Part shown: positions 62,714-64,000 of the stretch, one piece after another
How positions within the stretch are numbered: the first letter of the stretch is position 1
Layout of the letters: every line of letters starts with the position of its first letter
Source: an uncultured Bacilli bacterium
Lineage (GTDB): Bacteria; Bacillota_I; Bacilli_A; RF39; UBA660
Reading direction: 5' to 3'
Length of the DNA stretch: 64,000 bases
Assembly: GCA_934098515.1 (NCBI GenBank)
Contig: CAKOOK010000002.1
Location: 18,371-82,370 of the forward strand
The notes under the pieces: model-generated
Databases searched by the model: none
Told to the model about the DNA's origin: nothing
Seen by the model: only the letters and a program-made list of their open reading frames with translations
Made by a program: the position numbers and the translations under genes

Positions 62714-63142
62714 ATGGCTAGTACTTATGATTATGTTAGAGAATTTAAAAAGAAATATCCAGCAACAATAAATTGGTGGAGAACAAAAAAACACGCAGAT
62801 TTAGTTGATAAAAATTTAAACCCAGGTGAATCTGTTATTTATGCATTTGCTGCTCAAAACAATAATGATCACGGAAGCATTTTTGACACAGCAGTTCTTG
62901 CATTGACAACGCAAAGAATTATTGTAGCTCAAGATAGATTGATTGTTGGTTATAAAGTGAATTCTATAACTCCAGAACTATATAATGATATGCAAATTAA
63001 TGCTGGTATCATTTGGGGAACAATAACTATTGATACAATGAAAGAAGTAGTTCATTTCTCAAACATATCAAAAAAAGCACTTACTGAAATTCAAACAACA
63101 ATAAACTCTTATATGTTAGAGGAAAAGAAAAAGAACTCATAA
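62714..63142 (+). CDS. hypothetical protein, possibly bacterial PH-domain (YokE-like)
   Basis: 142 aa. Weak pattern similarity only. Confidence 0.3.
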   Translation: MASTYDYVREFKKKYPATINWWRTKKHADLVDKNLNPGESVIYAFAAQNNNDHGSIFDTAVLALTTQRIIVAQDRLIVGYKVNSITPELYNDMQINAGIIWGTITIDTMKEVVHFSNISKKALTEIQTTINSYMLEEKKKNS

Positions 63143-63169
63143 CGAGTTCTTTTTTCAAAAGAGGTACCT

Positions 63170-64000
63170 ATGAAAAAGATTATAATACTTATTTTAATAA
63201 TAATTATTCCATTTGCCATATTCATTATAGTTTCAAATACTCCAAGAAATTATGAGACAAAATACACCATAGATGAATTAGAAGTAAACGAACAATATAA
63301 TAAAGATAACCAAACATATTTATTTGTAGTAAAGAAAGATAAAGTAGAAATTCCGTATCTAATTACTCACGAATATACTAAAAAAAGAAAACTTATAACA
63401 AATATAAAAATTGAAGAAAACTGCTATACAATAAACGTTTTTGAAAACGATTATAAATTGTGTGTTAATGACGGTTTAATTGAAATAGACACAACCACAA
63501 ATGATGAACCTCCAATAAACAGTGAAGGTAATATCAAAATATATAAAAACAGCGAAGAAATCTATATTTGGAATTATAAAGGATATTACAAAGTAGAAAA
63601 TGCTAAATTAAAAAATATATCAATCTTAAAAAATGATAATTACGAAAATAAATTATCTGCTTCTAATGATAAATACTTAATAACCGCTAACTATGATGAA
63701 AAATATGAATTTACAAAATTCTATATAATTAACAAAGAAAATAATAAAATTAGTGATCTTACATTAGAAAAACCGATTTCTTCAAACGCATACTTTCTAG
63801 GAACACATAATAATAAATTATATTTATTAGATCCTAAATATAAATATGAATATGAAATAGATCCAAATAAAAACAAAATAACTATAATAAGCAAAGATGG
63901 AAATGGCATCTACTATGACAAAGAAGAGGTAAAAATATCAATAAACAAGCTAATCAAAGAAAAACTAACTTTTCCAGAAAATAATCCATATAATTATAAT
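63170..64000 (+). CDS. hypothetical membrane-anchored/secreted protein (5' part; ORF continues beyond window end)
   Basis: ATG at 63170 with MKKIIILILIIIIPFAIFIIV signal/anchor. Open to end of window. Confidence 0.4.
   Translation, partial: MKKIIILILIIIIPFAIFIIVSNTPRNYETKYTIDELEVNEQYNKDNQTYLFVVKKDKVEIPYLITHEYTKKRKLITNIKIEENCYTINVFENDYKLCVNDGLIEIDTTTNDEPPINSEGNIKIYKNSEEIYIWNYKGYYKVENAKLKNISILKNDNYENKLSASNDKYLITANYDEKYEFTKFYIINKENNKISDLTLEKPISSNAYFLGTHNNKLYLLDPKYKYEYEIDPNKNKITIISKDGNGIYYDKEEVKISINKLIKEKLTFPENNPYNYN

Overview
This looks like a chromosomal replication-origin window from an AT-rich, spore-forming Firmicute (Bacillus-like gene order, standard genetic code). The core on the minus strand runs rsmG-mnmG-mnmE-jag-yidC-rnpA-rpmH, then oriC, then dnaA-dnaN-(comK-like)-recF-gyrB-gyrA on the plus strand. 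Further right are an SRP RNA, tadA-dnaX-ybaB-recR-bofA-holB-yaaT, pth-mfd-spoVT, a T-box leader plus metG, tatD, ksgA-yabG-veg-spoVG-yabP-yabQ-divIC, tmRNA, and thioredoxin-like or hypothetical genes. The left 12 kb is accessory. It holds a UvrD-like helicase with topoisomerase-type zinc ribbons (truncated at the window edge), a Type III R-M system (mod/res), a decayed tyrosine-integrase pseudogene, a Zn-ribbon plus 2-TM protein pair, and a COG2865 (Schlafen/AlbA_2-like) ATPase. The segment is bracketed by a 20-bp (about 34-bp imperfect) direct repeat. To its right are recG, PFOR (nifJ), spoIID, rpiB, rpmE, murA, spoIIR, prmC-prfA, rpoE (delta subunit), a class A PBP and an orphan ParB/Noc-like gene. 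The most unusual non-coding signals are: a 12-copy 10-bp helical-phase tandem array (GTTCA core, 40-bp higher-order unit) in the accessory segment; five copies of a GTTTCACGTGAAAC palindrome between gyrA and the SRP RNA; three perfectly 10-bp-phased Spo0A boxes in front of the comK-like gene; and two compact promoter-to-terminator small-RNA candidates. No CRISPR array, rRNA or tRNA genes were seen.
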